This document shows positions 50,488-63,001 of a DNA stretch of 64,000 nucleotides, in pieces. Position 1 is the stretch's first letter, and every line of letters starts with the position of its first letter. This stretch comes from Pseudovirgaria hyperparasitica. Lineage: Eukaryota. The position numbers and the translations under genes were made by a program. The notes beneath the pieces were generated by a model. The model ran no database searches, was not told the DNA's origin, and was given only the letters and a program-made list of their open reading frames with translations. Location of the stretch: the NCBI GenBank assembly GCA_010093815.1, contig ML996565.1; one strand, given 5' to 3'.

Positions 50488-51240
50488 ATGGAAGTCGCAT
50501 ATTCAGGCCTCGAGGTTGACCCTAAACACAGTGGTCTTGAAATCAACCGGGTGCCATACTCTGACCTCACACCGCCGAGCGCTAGCTACTACCAAGCCAA
50601 CCCACTCCACAATGTCTCACCGGTCGAATCTGGATTACCCGACAAACGATCTTTCCTGTCAAGACACTATAAAGCTATTCCCTTCACTCTCATGGCAATC
50701 ATCGTGGCTCTGTGCGTCGGCGGCGGCGTCGGCGCAGCGCTCGCAGTCAACAACGCGCGGACCGCCTGTCATGCATCCCAAACATCACAACCAGAGACGT
50801 CGCCTCCATCAGCAGACTCCGCGTCGCCATCTCCCACCCTCAGCATCGCGCCCTACGACCTGCAGCTCGGGCCACAGATAACGGCTCTACCACTGCCTGC
50901 AGCGCAAAACTTCACTTACATCGCATTGCAAGACAAGACGACCTACGATGTCATCTACGGCGGTAATATTGAGGACTGGACGCACCATGTTGCGGAGACT
51001 ATCACGCCAAGCTTTGAAGCTTGTGTGGAGACGTGTGCGAATTCGAATGAGCTCGTAGCTGCGCTAGGCGATGGAGACGGGAGAGATGGGTGGAAGGGAC
51101 CGAATGCATGTCGGGCGGTCGTGTGGGTTCCGGGGGCGACAGGCGTTAATCCGATGAACTGTTTTTTGAAAGGCGTGATGGGGGAGATCACGGGTAAGGC
51201 AGGGCAGGGCCCGCAATGGATTGCTGTGAGGAGGGGATAG
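50488..51240 (+). CDS. Type II single-pass membrane protein with a C-terminal PAN/apple-like Cys domain
   Basis: N-terminal GLEV motif, TM IIVALCVGGGVGAALAV, Ser/Pro linker, FEACVETCA..CRAVVW..NCFLK. Confidence 0.7.
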   Translation: MEVAYSGLEVDPKHSGLEINRVPYSDLTPPSASYYQANPLHNVSPVESGLPDKRSFLSRHYKAIPFTLMAIIVALCVGGGVGAALAVNNARTACHASQTSQPETSPPSADSASPSPTLSIAPYDLQLGPQITALPLPAAQNFTYIALQDKTTYDVIYGGNIEDWTHHVAETITPSFEACVETCANSNELVAALGDGDGRDGWKGPNACRAVVWVPGATGVNPMNCFLKGVMGEITGKAGQGPQWIAVRRG

Positions 51241-51408
51241 ATGGGGTAAAGAAGAAGATGATGGCCGGGTGATGGGACAAGTGAGAGGCAGGTACTGGCG
51301 AAATAAGCATCTCAGCCTCCATGATCGCTATAGACATAGCCTTCAGCGAAGGTCATGGCAGCAATGCGTGCCATTTCAAACCGACTTTCGAACAGCCGTC
51401 CATTTATC

Positions 51409-53367
51409 TTAACCACCCCTGCCCCTTAATCTCCCGCGTCCTCTTCCACCCAAACCCCACGTCTTCCCTCCCCCACCATTAAAGAGCGGCCCATTGTCCA
51501 CTATACGGCCATCTTCATCAAACACAAGCTTCCGCAACTCTTCACCCGATTTGATCCGCCCATCCCAGTCTCGACTCGTGTCATGCCTAATCTCCTCAAG
51601 ACGCGCCGAAGCCGTCTTGTCTTCGACGCTCAGAAAGTATAAGAACGGCTTTGCCTTTGTTTTTGAAAACATTTGGTCCAATGTCTGGAACGGCCTTTGA
51701 GTGGCAGGGTTCTCAACGCGCGGCGGAGGCACGCGTGCCGGGCCTGGCTCTTGTACGAGACCACGACGAGAAGGATGGATAGTAGATTCGCTGTATTCGC
51801 CTGTGCGGTGCGGTTCGTAGTCGCTTGACCGTCCTGATTCGAAGTCACTCGGTCGCCTCTGCTCATAGTCATTGCGAGGGCCGGTCGGCGGGTTGAAGTC
51901 ATTCGGATGCATAAGTCGGCGACCGGGGAGTGGCGCACCAGAAGTTCCGGCTTCACCAAAAAAAGCTTTGTCATTGCGGTACGTGACCTCCCAGCGACGG
52001 GCCATACGGCCGTGTTCCCTGGCTGCGATTTCCTCAGTTTCGATCCAGTTTTCGACAGCTTCCTCGGGTACGAAGTCTACGAAAAGGGGCTTGCGAGTCT
52101 TCTCTGCCGGCCAAACGATTTCATGCAATGCAGCTCTGACCCGAGATGCAGCGTTCATGGATGTAAAGATGGCGAAGGCGTGCGTCCGGATTGGATCGAG
52201 GTAGAAGGCCTGGAGTAGAGTGCTATTTGGGGATGACCCAGGAGGTGTAGCAAGCGCTATGAGGTGACTACGTAGCACTTGAGGTTGGAGAGGACGCGTG
52301 AAATTTCGAATATAAATGGCAGTGCTTGCTGGGTGGAGCGCGCGTGTGACTTCTCGCGATTGTGTATTGACGGTGGTCTTCCTATCCGCCGCCTCAACAG
52401 ATTTTGTTGAGAACAAAGTCTTGTAGCGAGCATTATTAGGAATGACTTTCGTGGGAGATGCAGTTGCTCTGTTGCTCTCTGCTGAAATTTCTTTCGGATT
52501 TGGTTCATCTTTCAAAGGCTCCGAGGAGGCAGTATCTCCCGCCTGTGACAAGGGTTTCTCAATTGAAGTGCCACCTGCAGTCTCCTCCTCAACTTCCGAT
52601 GCATCCATGTCCATGTCAGCGTCGCTGTTATATGATGCCGCGCTTATAGCGGGTTCCTGGGTACTGACTCCTTCGTCGTTCACCGGCTCGGGTCGAGCTG
52701 AGGCCTCAGAGTTCAAGGCGTTTAGCACTTGGGTCTTTCTAGCGTCTACTACGTCGACATCACTGTCCTCTTTCAAATGAACAGCCCCGCCTAGCTCTTC
52801 ATCGATCCTTTGTTTCTTCTTTGTCGCCTCTGCTGTTCCAATCGGAGGCGTCGCACTTCGTCTCTTCCGCTTGCGAGTCTCCTCTGCGAGTTCTTCTGTG
52901 TTGAGTCTCGAAAGCGTTGGAGCTACTGAGGGCTGCGTCGCCCTGTCGACTGCATTTTCGGCTACGTCTTGTTCTAACGGAGATTCCTTAGACGTGACCA
53001 CGGGTGTATGTGGTAAAGAGGGGGCAGAGGTTGAGACACGCGGGTCGATTATGGCAACATCAATCGATGGTGTATTTAACTTTGACTGGGTAGTCTCCAC
53101 AGGATCCTCCTTGTCCGTAGTCGGTGCTTCTGCCGTTTCAGCAGGACTTGGATCGCTATGTAAGGTTTCAGGCGACTCCTCTTTGTTGATCTCTAATGGT
53201 AGGGCTTGTTGTGACGCTTGCGAATTGTCGGACTCTGCGTTTTGGCGATCCCACTGCTCCAACGCCTCAACAATTTGATGCTTCAGCTTCAGGCCTGTGG
53301 GAGGTATGTTTCGCGCTTTGAGCACCTGCCTGAGCTCTGCTACAGTGCATTTACTATAGTCCGCCAT
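51409..53367 (-). CDS. SAP-domain and RRM protein (Acinus-like)
   Basis: YSKCTVAELRQVLKARNIPPTGLK SAP domain; AIYIRNFTRPL..LDPIRTHAF..LHEIVWP..RKPLFVDF RRM; LDQMFSKTKAKPFLYF RSB-like motif; RGG tail. Confidence 0.88.
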   Translation of the reverse strand: MADYSKCTVAELRQVLKARNIPPTGLKLKHQIVEALEQWDRQNAESDNSQASQQALPLEINKEESPETLHSDPSPAETAEAPTTDKEDPVETTQSKLNTPSIDVAIIDPRVSTSAPSLPHTPVVTSKESPLEQDVAENAVDRATQPSVAPTLSRLNTEELAEETRKRKRRSATPPIGTAEATKKKQRIDEELGGAVHLKEDSDVDVVDARKTQVLNALNSEASARPEPVNDEGVSTQEPAISAASYNSDADMDMDASEVEEETAGGTSIEKPLSQAGDTASSEPLKDEPNPKEISAESNRATASPTKVIPNNARYKTLFSTKSVEAADRKTTVNTQSREVTRALHPASTAIYIRNFTRPLQPQVLRSHLIALATPPGSSPNSTLLQAFYLDPIRTHAFAIFTSMNAASRVRAALHEIVWPAEKTRKPLFVDFVPEEAVENWIETEEIAAREHGRMARRWEVTYRNDKAFFGEAGTSGAPLPGRRLMHPNDFNPPTGPRNDYEQRRPSDFESGRSSDYEPHRTGEYSESTIHPSRRGLVQEPGPARVPPPRVENPATQRPFQTLDQMFSKTKAKPFLYFLSVEDKTASARLEEIRHDTSRDWDGRIKSGEELRKLVFDEDGRIVDNGPLFNGGGGKTWGLGGRGRGRLRGRGG

Positions 53368-54170
53368 GATACATGCGCGCTAGCATAGGTGTTATACCCA
53401 GGATTTGGTAGACAAGGGAAGTTGATTCGACTAATTTCAAGACACGCCCGTGCAGTGAGAGTATGTGACTGGTCGGGCAGTCCGTAGTGGACTGTGTTGA
53501 CTCAGAGTATATTATGCTGTCTACGTAGTAGAGCATACGAAAGCTAAAGTCCGGTATGATGGTATGGTGTGGTGAAGATTGTTTGCGAATCTGTAAATGC
53601 CCATGGATTCAAGCTCCGTGAAGCAAGGTCTGTGCGCAATACACGTGATGATGTAAGATTGTACTAAATCTGCGCTTCATTTAATTAGTAGCTAGATAGT
53701 ATTGTAAAAGACCATTCTCTAAACCCTTGGACTGCGTAACCGCACCCTATTGCTGTTCTACTATTACTACTTCTCGAAAACCCATAAATCGGTACGCGCC
53801 AGCGACAGCGGTCATAAAGCTCCTTAGCAGAGCTACTGGAGAATGCTATTCCTGTGTCTGAAGGGAAATCTCAAAGGCAAAGGGGAGTTCTTTGAAAGCG
53901 TGTACTGACAGACGAGGGTATATGATACCAGCGCCATAGTTAGAACTGGGGTTCAATAGATAATTGATGGGATGTGGATGTGTATCTACCTGTATAGTTG
54001 GATCCGTGAGTTTATTATTTACGTGGTAACCGAAATGTTCATAGTAGTTGACATGCGCATTTCAAGCACCTATGGATAAAGGCTGTAGGATTAAGCCATG
54101 ATGCCGCTAATTACTTCGATTCAGCTTCTCAATAACGTCGAAAGCAATGTAAATAGCCATGCTACAGTTA

Positions 54171-57100
54171 TTACTCCGGTTCCATGAGCGTAGGCCCCGT
54201 TCTGCGACCACTCGCCTTCTCCTCTACTTTCTTCTTTTGATTTTTCTGCTCGCTAACTGCCAGTCGTAGCGTATCAAGTCTTTCCTGGGTCACCTTGATA
54301 GCCTCATTCATCTGAAGCTCGCTCATATGCTCGTCTACGAGCTGTGTCTGCACGTTGAAGATCCTTTGTTTGTTCCTGATCGTGCTCCCGTCCACAAAAG
54401 CTGCTGCGCGATCCATTGCAACCCGCTCTTCCAGCCATGTCCATAGCTCACTTTCTTCCTTTTGCCACATCTCTTCGTACGCTGCGATGCGATGAGCGTG
54501 ACTGACGCTTCTTACGCCGAGTCCTGTACTCGGTTGTCGGAACCACATCCAAAGCACGAGTCCGGTGATAAACATGAGAAGTACAGGACCATTGGTCAAC
54601 GTCCCCACGATGTCTAGTACTGGACTCAGTATGCCATGAAGTGGTTCGAAGGGACCCCAAGACGACCGAGTCTGCACCAGTCGGTCCAAAGCATTGTCAT
54701 TCGTTCCAGGACCAGCATTGTCCGTCGAGTCAAAATTCCTCTCCCGCTTTCGGCCTTTGATCTTACCTCGTGGCCCAGCTCTGCCCGGCGCTTTGGCCGT
54801 AACAGCAGCTCGGAGCGCAGCGACCAGATCCTTCGCGTACTGTGTCTGGCCATCATTTGTGCCCTTCTCGATGGGACCTTTTGAGATTAGTATGCACGAA
54901 ACGGCGAAGATAATTGGTACCAACCTTTGAGCCAACTCTTAGCTGACCACTCAATGGTACAGGTCATGATAAGTCTCGTGGCATTGGCTGGGCCCCACAT
55001 CAAACAATACCTCGTCTTGACTAAGAAGGAATTACCTGAAGGAACATCAGGATTCTGCGTGGAGCAGTCTACTGTCACTACCTTTTCCAGATCATACTGT
55101 TCTAGAGTCTGGTTGATGATACACTTGGTCTGTTTTGGCCCAATAGACCCGCCTAGCGGCTTGATGAAGGAGTACCCAAATGTCTTTCTGTCTTCACCAA
55201 GACCCTTTTTATCATCATCCATCTGCAGATCTCGAGATTTCTGATCCTCAATCAACCACTTCTTCATGAACACTCCTGATGCTGGACCGAACATCATGGA
55301 ATATACTTTCCCTAGGGGAGCTGGGATTGTCGTGTCGATCAACTGAGTGTCGTAATGTGCAGCTTGATCGCCGCATTCGGTAGGACTATGTGTTGCAGCT
55401 CCAGGGAAATCGTTTGCGGTGACGGCGCCAGATACGACAGACTCCGCGGTGTCGGTAACCTTTGCCGTGCCGTTTTGGATAGTTGTGCCAGGAATAGCGG
55501 CAGATGTTTTCCTGCTGACTGTTGGTTCAAAGCCTGTATCGCTATCCGCAATACTTCCTTCTCCCGCTTCTGTGAAGCTGCCAAGGCCATCTTGATCTTC
55601 AGCATCCTCGTCATAAAACTCTTCATCTGTTTCTTCGGCGGATCCTTCGTCGGAGCCAACCATAGATTCTGCTCGCTCGGTACGGTCACCTGTTCCGGGA
55701 CCATCGAGAGTAGTGCCATTGGCAGAACTCTTCAGATTTGGATGGCTGATACCCCATATGTCAACAATAAGGTCATACGTCGTGTCTCTCGTCACGAAGC
55801 TGGCGAAAACATTGCGTGCGTGCAATGTCTGTATTACGATTGCATTCGGAAAGACTATGGCTGTGTTCTTCTTTTCCACGGACACAACTTCATCAAAGCT
55901 GATGACCAAATTGGTCACCCATCCTAGAATGTTGCTTGAGAAGCAGACGTGTCCTTCAGAGATATATAGCCTTCCTTGAAGTAGTATGTCACGCTGTAAG
56001 GCTGCACTGTAATCCTCAATTAAATATTCGTCTTCAGGCACGCTACGAAACAGTTGATGAAAATCCCGATTTCGCTTCGCATTCTGTACAGCGTATCTTT
56101 TGCCTTGCGTGCCGAATGTGCTGTTAGGGTTCGCAAGGGTGGCAGTACTTGCACCGATAGCAGCCGCAATAGTGTTTCCTTGGGTCGTAGCCGAACTACC
56201 CCGATGTCGCTGTCGTCGGCCACCACTAAGTCGACTTCGAACACTTCCGCTCCGAGCAAGAGTTGCCAAGTCTGGTCCCACTGACTGAGTGCGCGGTGGC
56301 GTGTTCACACCCGTAAGACTCGCGATAGACCGAGGGCGTTCGGCAGGCTCAGATGGCGGCGGTGGGGACTTCTCGGAGGCATATGCTGCAGACACCGCTT
56401 GAGCTGCGGCTGAACCTTCTGCCTTGGCGGAAGCATGTTCTTCTTGAGCGGCCGTCTGGCTGAAGTCAGAGTTAGAACCTTTTTTTCTTGCAGGCATTGT
56501 GAAGGGCTTTGGAGAATCTACAATGCCCAGGTGACTCAAGCTGAGATTCCCAGACCCCAGGGTTTCGACGGCTAATTCCTTTTTCTCGGTCACGCTGTCA
56601 GAACTGCCGTCTCGTTGAGAGCTACCAATGATGACTTCTTCACCTCCAGCCTCACCGGGAGTGTCAATGGTCGCAGCAGCGGGACCGCTCCCGGATTTAT
56701 TTGATTTGCCAGTGGGAATTGAGGTGTTTGCAATTGTGGTGGTTAGCTGATTTGCGGCGTTTTGAGCTGCGGAAAATACAGACGAGAAGAAGCCACCAGA
56801 CTGCGAGGAAACTGAGACAGTGCCACCGGGTGTTTTGGTTTCTTCGATAGTTGGTGTTAATGGTATTGATTGGGAAAGTTTACTTGGAGGGTTGGTTGTT
56901 GATCTTGCACGTCTATGCGATATCATTTGTCCAGAAGGGGATATGACGATGTCTGGATTTGGAGCTGAAGAAACAGTATGAAGCTCGGGAAGGATATGTC
57001 GGGTTTCAGTGGGTGTTGGGGGTGTTATGAGTGTTTCCGGAGGGATTTCTATGGTCTTCGGTGGCGTAGCTGGCGCATTGGTAGCAGTTCGGCTCAGGCT

Positions 57101-58517
57101 TGTGCTGCTTCCAGTCGTCCCCAGGGATTTCGATTTGGTATGAAGAGCAGGAATCGGTGGCACTGGTGGTAGTGCTTCGGTGGGATCGGACGGGGCGGCT
57201 AGATCCTCAGAGGCTTTAGAGCCACGCCTTGAACCTGCACCCTTCTTGCTCCCGAAGATGCCTCCGAAGCCACCTCCGCTAGTACCGGATTTGACCGATT
57301 CGGTGTCACTGCCTGGTTTCTGCGCAGTACCTTTCCTGGTGGGAACGAAAGCGTCTCTTAATTTCCCGGCCGGGGACGGACTACGGTGCGCCCTCGAGGG
57401 AGCATCGAGGGTTTTGGCGTGACGTGGAGCCAGATTGTCTTCTGAGGGCGCCCGCACCTCGAAATGGGTGGCAGATACGGTACTGAAGGTTTCGGTTGTT
57501 ATCAAGGGAGAGGACAAGGTCAGATAGCCTCGGTGTGAGTGACGTGGGGTAAGCGATGGTCGATTTGGAGGACTGGTTGGGATTAAAGGTCAGTTGAATA
57601 TAGAACTACCGGCGGCGTGAGACAAGAATGAAAAGGGAGTTGGCGGGAAATGGTGATGACCAAGGATAGGATGAGATATAGGCCGCCAGCGGTAGAGAAG
57701 CGCTCGGTGCATAGATGGCGAGGAAAGGATATGGTGCAAGTAGAGAAATGGTGCAGGCAGTGGGCGATGACGATGGTCGTGTATGTGAGAGTGTGAGCGA
57801 GGAGTGTTGAAGATAAGGTGTTGATCCATGGCTCAGGTCGTTGTGGCAGCCCGGAACCTAGCTTGCACCATGTACGACTATTTTACCCCCCAGATCCTGG
57901 CGCGCGTCGGGCTTTGGGGACAGCTAGCGAGTCCCCCGGACGCCAACGACATGGAGCTAGGTTGAAGGACTGCTGCAGGCAACAAGAATGATACCAACAA
58001 TAGGGCAAATGATAGTAGTAAAAATGAAAGATGGAAGTACTCACGATTCTATATCTGAATCTTCTGTCAACAGACTGCTTGCGACACTTCCGTGAAGCTG
58101 CAAGGAATCTTCGCTTTCGTTCTTATTGCTGTTGCGGGAAGCGCTGAAGATGCTGTCGTCGAGAAAGATGATACTAGCCTGCGTCTTTCTATTGTTCTTA
58201 CCATCGTCGTTGTCATCGTCTCTGCGATTCTTTTTGCGGTGACTTTTAACACGGCCTAGGACAGTAGATACTCGTCTGGCCGACTCGGAACTTCCTCGTC
58301 GGTCGATAGCATCTTTGGCCTTCTCTTTTAACTTATCGACGGTTCCATCTACACTGCTCCGGAGGCCGCCCCTGCTTGATCGGTCGCCATCAATTGCGAT
58401 GCTTGAGCCTGCAGAAGGCGGAGTATTATCATCGTCATTCTTCCGGCTGCGACGCTTGAAAACGTCCGACAATCTTCGGTCCGACGTAATGCTCGACGTC
58501 GGCTGAAGAGTGGCCAT
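54171..58517 (-). CDS. GRAM + VASt (StART-like) membrane-anchored sterol-transfer protein, Ysp2/Lam family (3 exons)
   Basis: KRNRDFHQLFRSVPEDEYLIEDYSAALQRDILLQGRLYISEGHVCFSSNILGW GRAM; TQNPDVPSGNSFLVKTRYCL..EWSAKSWLKGPIEKG VASt; C-terminal TM and YEEMWQKEESELWTWLEERV; introns ~57573-58044 and ~54878-54923. Confidence 0.9.
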
Positions 58518-59738
58518 ACTGAGATGTTTTAGGCTCGCTGCGGACAAGGGTGGCTGGGTGTATAAATCCGGGGGAAGCGCGAACAGTCCATGCAGGGCAA
58601 TGCTCGTGATAGATTTGCGAGTGGTAACAGTATACCAGATAGATGGATAGTAGGGTCAGTGCTATGAGGCGTCGTCGCACGAGTGACCTCAGGAAGGAAG
58701 CAAGAGGTCGGCAGGGTGTGCACGCGTGTGACAAAGGTCTATTTATCGTGTTGATGACGCGTGTTACAGGCACTGGTCAATGGTTTGAAGCAGTACTGAA
58801 AATGAATGAAGATAGAGCGGGCGATACCTTAGGTAGTAGTGTAGGTACCTGGGTAGAGAGTCAGAGTCAAGGAGAGCAAGTAAGCTTAACGGCAGTGCGC
58901 GAAGTTATTGGAGATTATAGACGACCTGCAGGCGCATTACGATGCTGGAATGAAGTTAAACACATCCCGAGTCCATCCATGTTGACACTACAGAAATGAC
59001 GATGACGCCCTGGACAGTCACTGACCGCGACGCTTGCAGCGGCGAAGGAACAATTGAGCCATTCATCACGAGCGCTGATAGAGGTGGTACACCATACACG
59101 GTACTGTTGCACTGCCAGACTGAGAACAAAAATCGCACTGCGGGTCGCTCAAATGTCCCATGGACACAGTCATATGATAGATCAGACACTACTATTCATC
59201 TCCACCACTACATCACATAAAGTAGACCCTCGTGCACGTTTGTTTCTATGGATGTGTTCGGACTGGGGTTAATTGATTAGTTCGCAGTTCCGGGTGACCC
59301 GCTGTTTCTCTGCAGGGCTGCAGGTGGTGTCAGTGCTGCTGCTACTGTACTTTGTAATTAACAGCCCTGGCGGGGCTGCTAATCCTATACGTGTGGTCGA
59401 CGGGATTATACACATCCATACAACTATTTAACTTATGACAGCATTACGTAGAATGTATCATGGATGTCGCATAATTCTGGATAAGCTGGAGGCTCGTAAC
59501 CCAGAGTAGTAATTAATCTTGCAACATTGTCCTTATGAACCCGCACGCTAATTCGGTATTACCTAGTGTCCATCTATAGCAGTGATTAATACCTAGTTAT
59601 TACACCCTAGACCCTGCCCTGCTCTTCATTCACTCTTGCTAGTTCTCTTGTCCTCATCACCATACACCGCGAGCCACCCCCGCTCCCTCTACGAAGCTTG
59701 CGATAAACAGTAATTACCCTTTGTTGTTATGCAACATC

Positions 59739-61420
59739 ATGGAGAATGCCCCTATCGTCATCGCACACTCGCATGCACGAACCGCCGCATCAGAGCTGTC
59801 CAGAGCAAACCCCTCAGCTGCCACTACAGAACATGAACTTGCGGCCGAAGAGTTCTCCAAGGCTGCAGGAGCTACTGGAGATGTAGAGGTAGGTCTCATG
59901 AAGCTTCGAGGGAGCTGGTCTAAGCAGCAAAGGCTCTGCGTATTCTCAAACTCCTAGAAGAGTACCATCACGATCTCGCCAAAGCCATCAGAGCAGAACC
60001 GCGCCCTGCAGCACATACCAAAGCTCACTATGACTCGTCGACAGGTCTCACTCTGACCGCGGCACCCAACTTTGTTTCCACCACTGAACAGGAATCTTCG
60101 CCATCGCCATCGCCCTCGCATTCTCGCGCCTCTGCGCCCAAAGCCTCAAGTCGCCAGCGTCCAAGAGATCTTGCTTCGTCGATCGCCAGCAATCTCGCAT
60201 CTGCGCGAGGAATCCCAGGAGGCCAGCATCGTAGAGGTGCACCCGTGTCTCCTACTGTTACCACTCACAATGTTGCTGGGAACGCGTCGTCCACTCGAGG
60301 GAAACAGAAGAGAAGGGACTTGTCACCCTCCTCGGCCGTGGTAGCAACTCGAAGGCAGCTAAGAGGCGGCGAAGATCTCGACATACCAAAACCTATTGTC
60401 TCTAGTGCGCAGAATACAATCCATGGCGGGGGTTATGATGGCCTGTCATCGCAGCGGGATACAGCCTTTCATCGTTTCTACACCAACTTTGAAGGCTACT
60501 TCTCAAGTCTTACCGCCCCTCTGGTATTCGCCGGATTCCCCTTGAGTGGAACGACAAGTGGTCCGACGCCAAAGGGCGATCCGGTGACTCTTCACAAGGG
60601 GAAGTATTCCGAATCCACTACCAAAACTGATGAACCTGATATCACTAATATATTCTCTCGTGCTACACTCCGAGCCGTACAAGGCGCCCCCGGGAATGGC
60701 ACTGCAGCAGAATCCTTCTATCACGTCCCTACATCTGGTGGTACAACATCATATGCGCAGATGTTACGGCAAGATAGAAGTGCTGCGGAGCCTCGTGCTT
60801 CTGCATCTACTGACCACGACGAGTTTGTAGATGCATCTGAGACACCATACCCCCCCTCACCGCAACACTCCAGACATGGAGCAAGACTCTCGTCAAGCAT
60901 CCTTCGAAATACTCCGCTGGCTGGCGGTAGGAATATACGCGGGAAGACTCAGGAAGAACTAGAGCTCGAGACTAAGCAACAACGAGAGATTATCGACAAC
61001 CTTAGCAAACGACTTCTCCTGTTTGAAACACACTCGCAGTCACAACGTTTAGCACTCGCACAGTCAATGCACTCTCAGCGTCCACCGTCACGTTCGGGAG
61101 ACAAACGTGATGCTACAGCAGATGTTCCCCCTGTGCCGCCTCTTCCAAAAGCTGTCGAAAGCCCGTACATCGACACTGATGCTTCGACAAAACCTAGTGT
61201 GGTAGACTCTCAGGTTGACGAGCTGCAGGCTTCCATCGTGGCTTTGCAACGAGAGAACGCAAGGCTGGCTAGGGAAAGCGAGAAACGCGCGGCTGTCATC
61301 ACTCAGTACAGACAGAAGTGGGAGGGCTTAAAGTCTGCTGCGCGGAAGCGACAGAGGGAGTCAACAGCAATGGACCAAAGTACTTCAGTCAAGGACTTGA
61401 AGACCAATCCGCACACATGA
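59739..61420 (+). CDS. Conserved fungal MIT-like/coiled-coil protein, probable Atg38/NRBF2 homolog (exons 59739-59888, 59933-61420)
   Basis: N-terminal helical AHSHAR..EHELAAEEF..EALRILKLLEEYH (MIT-like); ESFYHV and EFVDA candidate AIM motifs; C-terminal coiled coil ending YRQKWEGLKSAARKRQ. Confidence 0.6.
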
Positions 61421-61867
61421 TATTGATAGTTCCCTTTACTTTTTCATCGGTTGATATACACCTAATGATTACGTGATATATGTCTTTATCAAGTCAAGTA
61501 CCACACGTACGTGGCGCTAGAAAGCCCCGCCACGATGGATAACATCGCAGTTAGATTGTCTAGCAGAACTCATGTGATTACCTCTTAAAACTCTCCCATG
61601 GCCATATTTCAGTCAGGCGACGAACCTAGGTAGCTCTCAACTGTCACCCTCCCACCTTGCTTGGCGGCCCGTGTGAAGTGCCCCGCACAGTAGTGGCTAG
61701 GCACCTGCACTTCTGGGACCTGACATGGATGACTGCGTGATACATTGGTATAATCCAACACCACCACCACATCCCCTAACCTGCAAATCTACTCGTTTTT
61801 CGTTTTAAAGTACACAAGGATCATACTACTGCAAGGACTACACGACTTCAACAGAACAAGACCCAAT

Positions 61868-63001
61868 ATGGCTGCTTACGCCTATGCACGATCGCTCGCT
61901 GACAAGCTTCGCGAAACGTACGCATTCACCGCACATACCTCCACATTTCGTGACACTGGTAAAATCACATATGAAGAGTTCGTGGCTGCTGGAGACTTTC
62001 TGGTCTACAAGTTTCCTTCCTGGGCTTGGTCGAAGTCGCCTTCGTCTAAGCGTGACGATAAACTTCCGGAAGACAAGCAATTTTTGGTCACAAGAGGACT
62101 GCCGTGCCATCGGAGAGCCGCAGATCTAGCTGGCCATGCGGGCAACGATGAGACCGTAGTTGGAGATGGTCTGGGTGGTGTTGATGGCGATGGGGATGGT
62201 TGGCTGAGGACAGGTGGCATGGGAGACAGTGAGGTGCGCAAAGTGGGAGAGGTCAGGACGATGGACGACACTGGCAAGGTCGAAGATCACGTCGAAGAAG
62301 AGGAGATTCCGGACATGGAAGACGAAGACGACGACGCCGCCATCATCAGAGATACCAGAGAATCGTAAGGCTCTCCTGGCAATGGAACGTTACAATGCTG
62401 ACATGACTTGTGTTACAGCTCGACCCGAACCTACAATCTTTACATCACATATTCGCGTTACTACCACACCCCTCGAACCTGGCTCTCCGGCTATTCGTCT
62501 TCTAACAAGCCTCTTGGTAAAGGTGAAATAGAAGAGGACATTATGGGCGACTACAGAAACAAGACTACTACCCCTGAAGACTTTCCATTCTTCGATAGCG
62601 TCAAGATGCTTTCCATACACCCATGCGAACACGCCAATGTCATGAAGGTGTTGCTAGACCGTGCAGACGCTGCACTCAAATCGAAATTAGCTAAAATGAA
62701 AAGAGGCGAAAGGCCAAAGGGGGAACATGGTCTCGAGGGACTCGTGGAAGACACCAAGAACCTGACCATCAAGGACAAGAGCAAAGGCCGTGAAGAAGGC
62801 GACGAATGGGAAATTCTACAAGCAGAGGGCGGGACTGAGGAAGATGAAGATGAGGTCGCGATCCGTGTTGATCAATACCTCATTGTCTTCCTCAAGCTTA
62901 TGGCCAGGTTCGCATATTCCTCAATTGAGAGGAGACTGCCAGCTAACATAGTGTCAAGTGTCACTCCAACCATCGAGCATGACTTCACCATGGCCGTGTG
63001 A
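61868..63001 (+). CDS. ATG3: Autophagy E2-like conjugating enzyme Atg3 (3 exons)
   Basis: [67 protein letters not shown], catalytic [29 protein letters not shown]. Confidence 0.97.
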
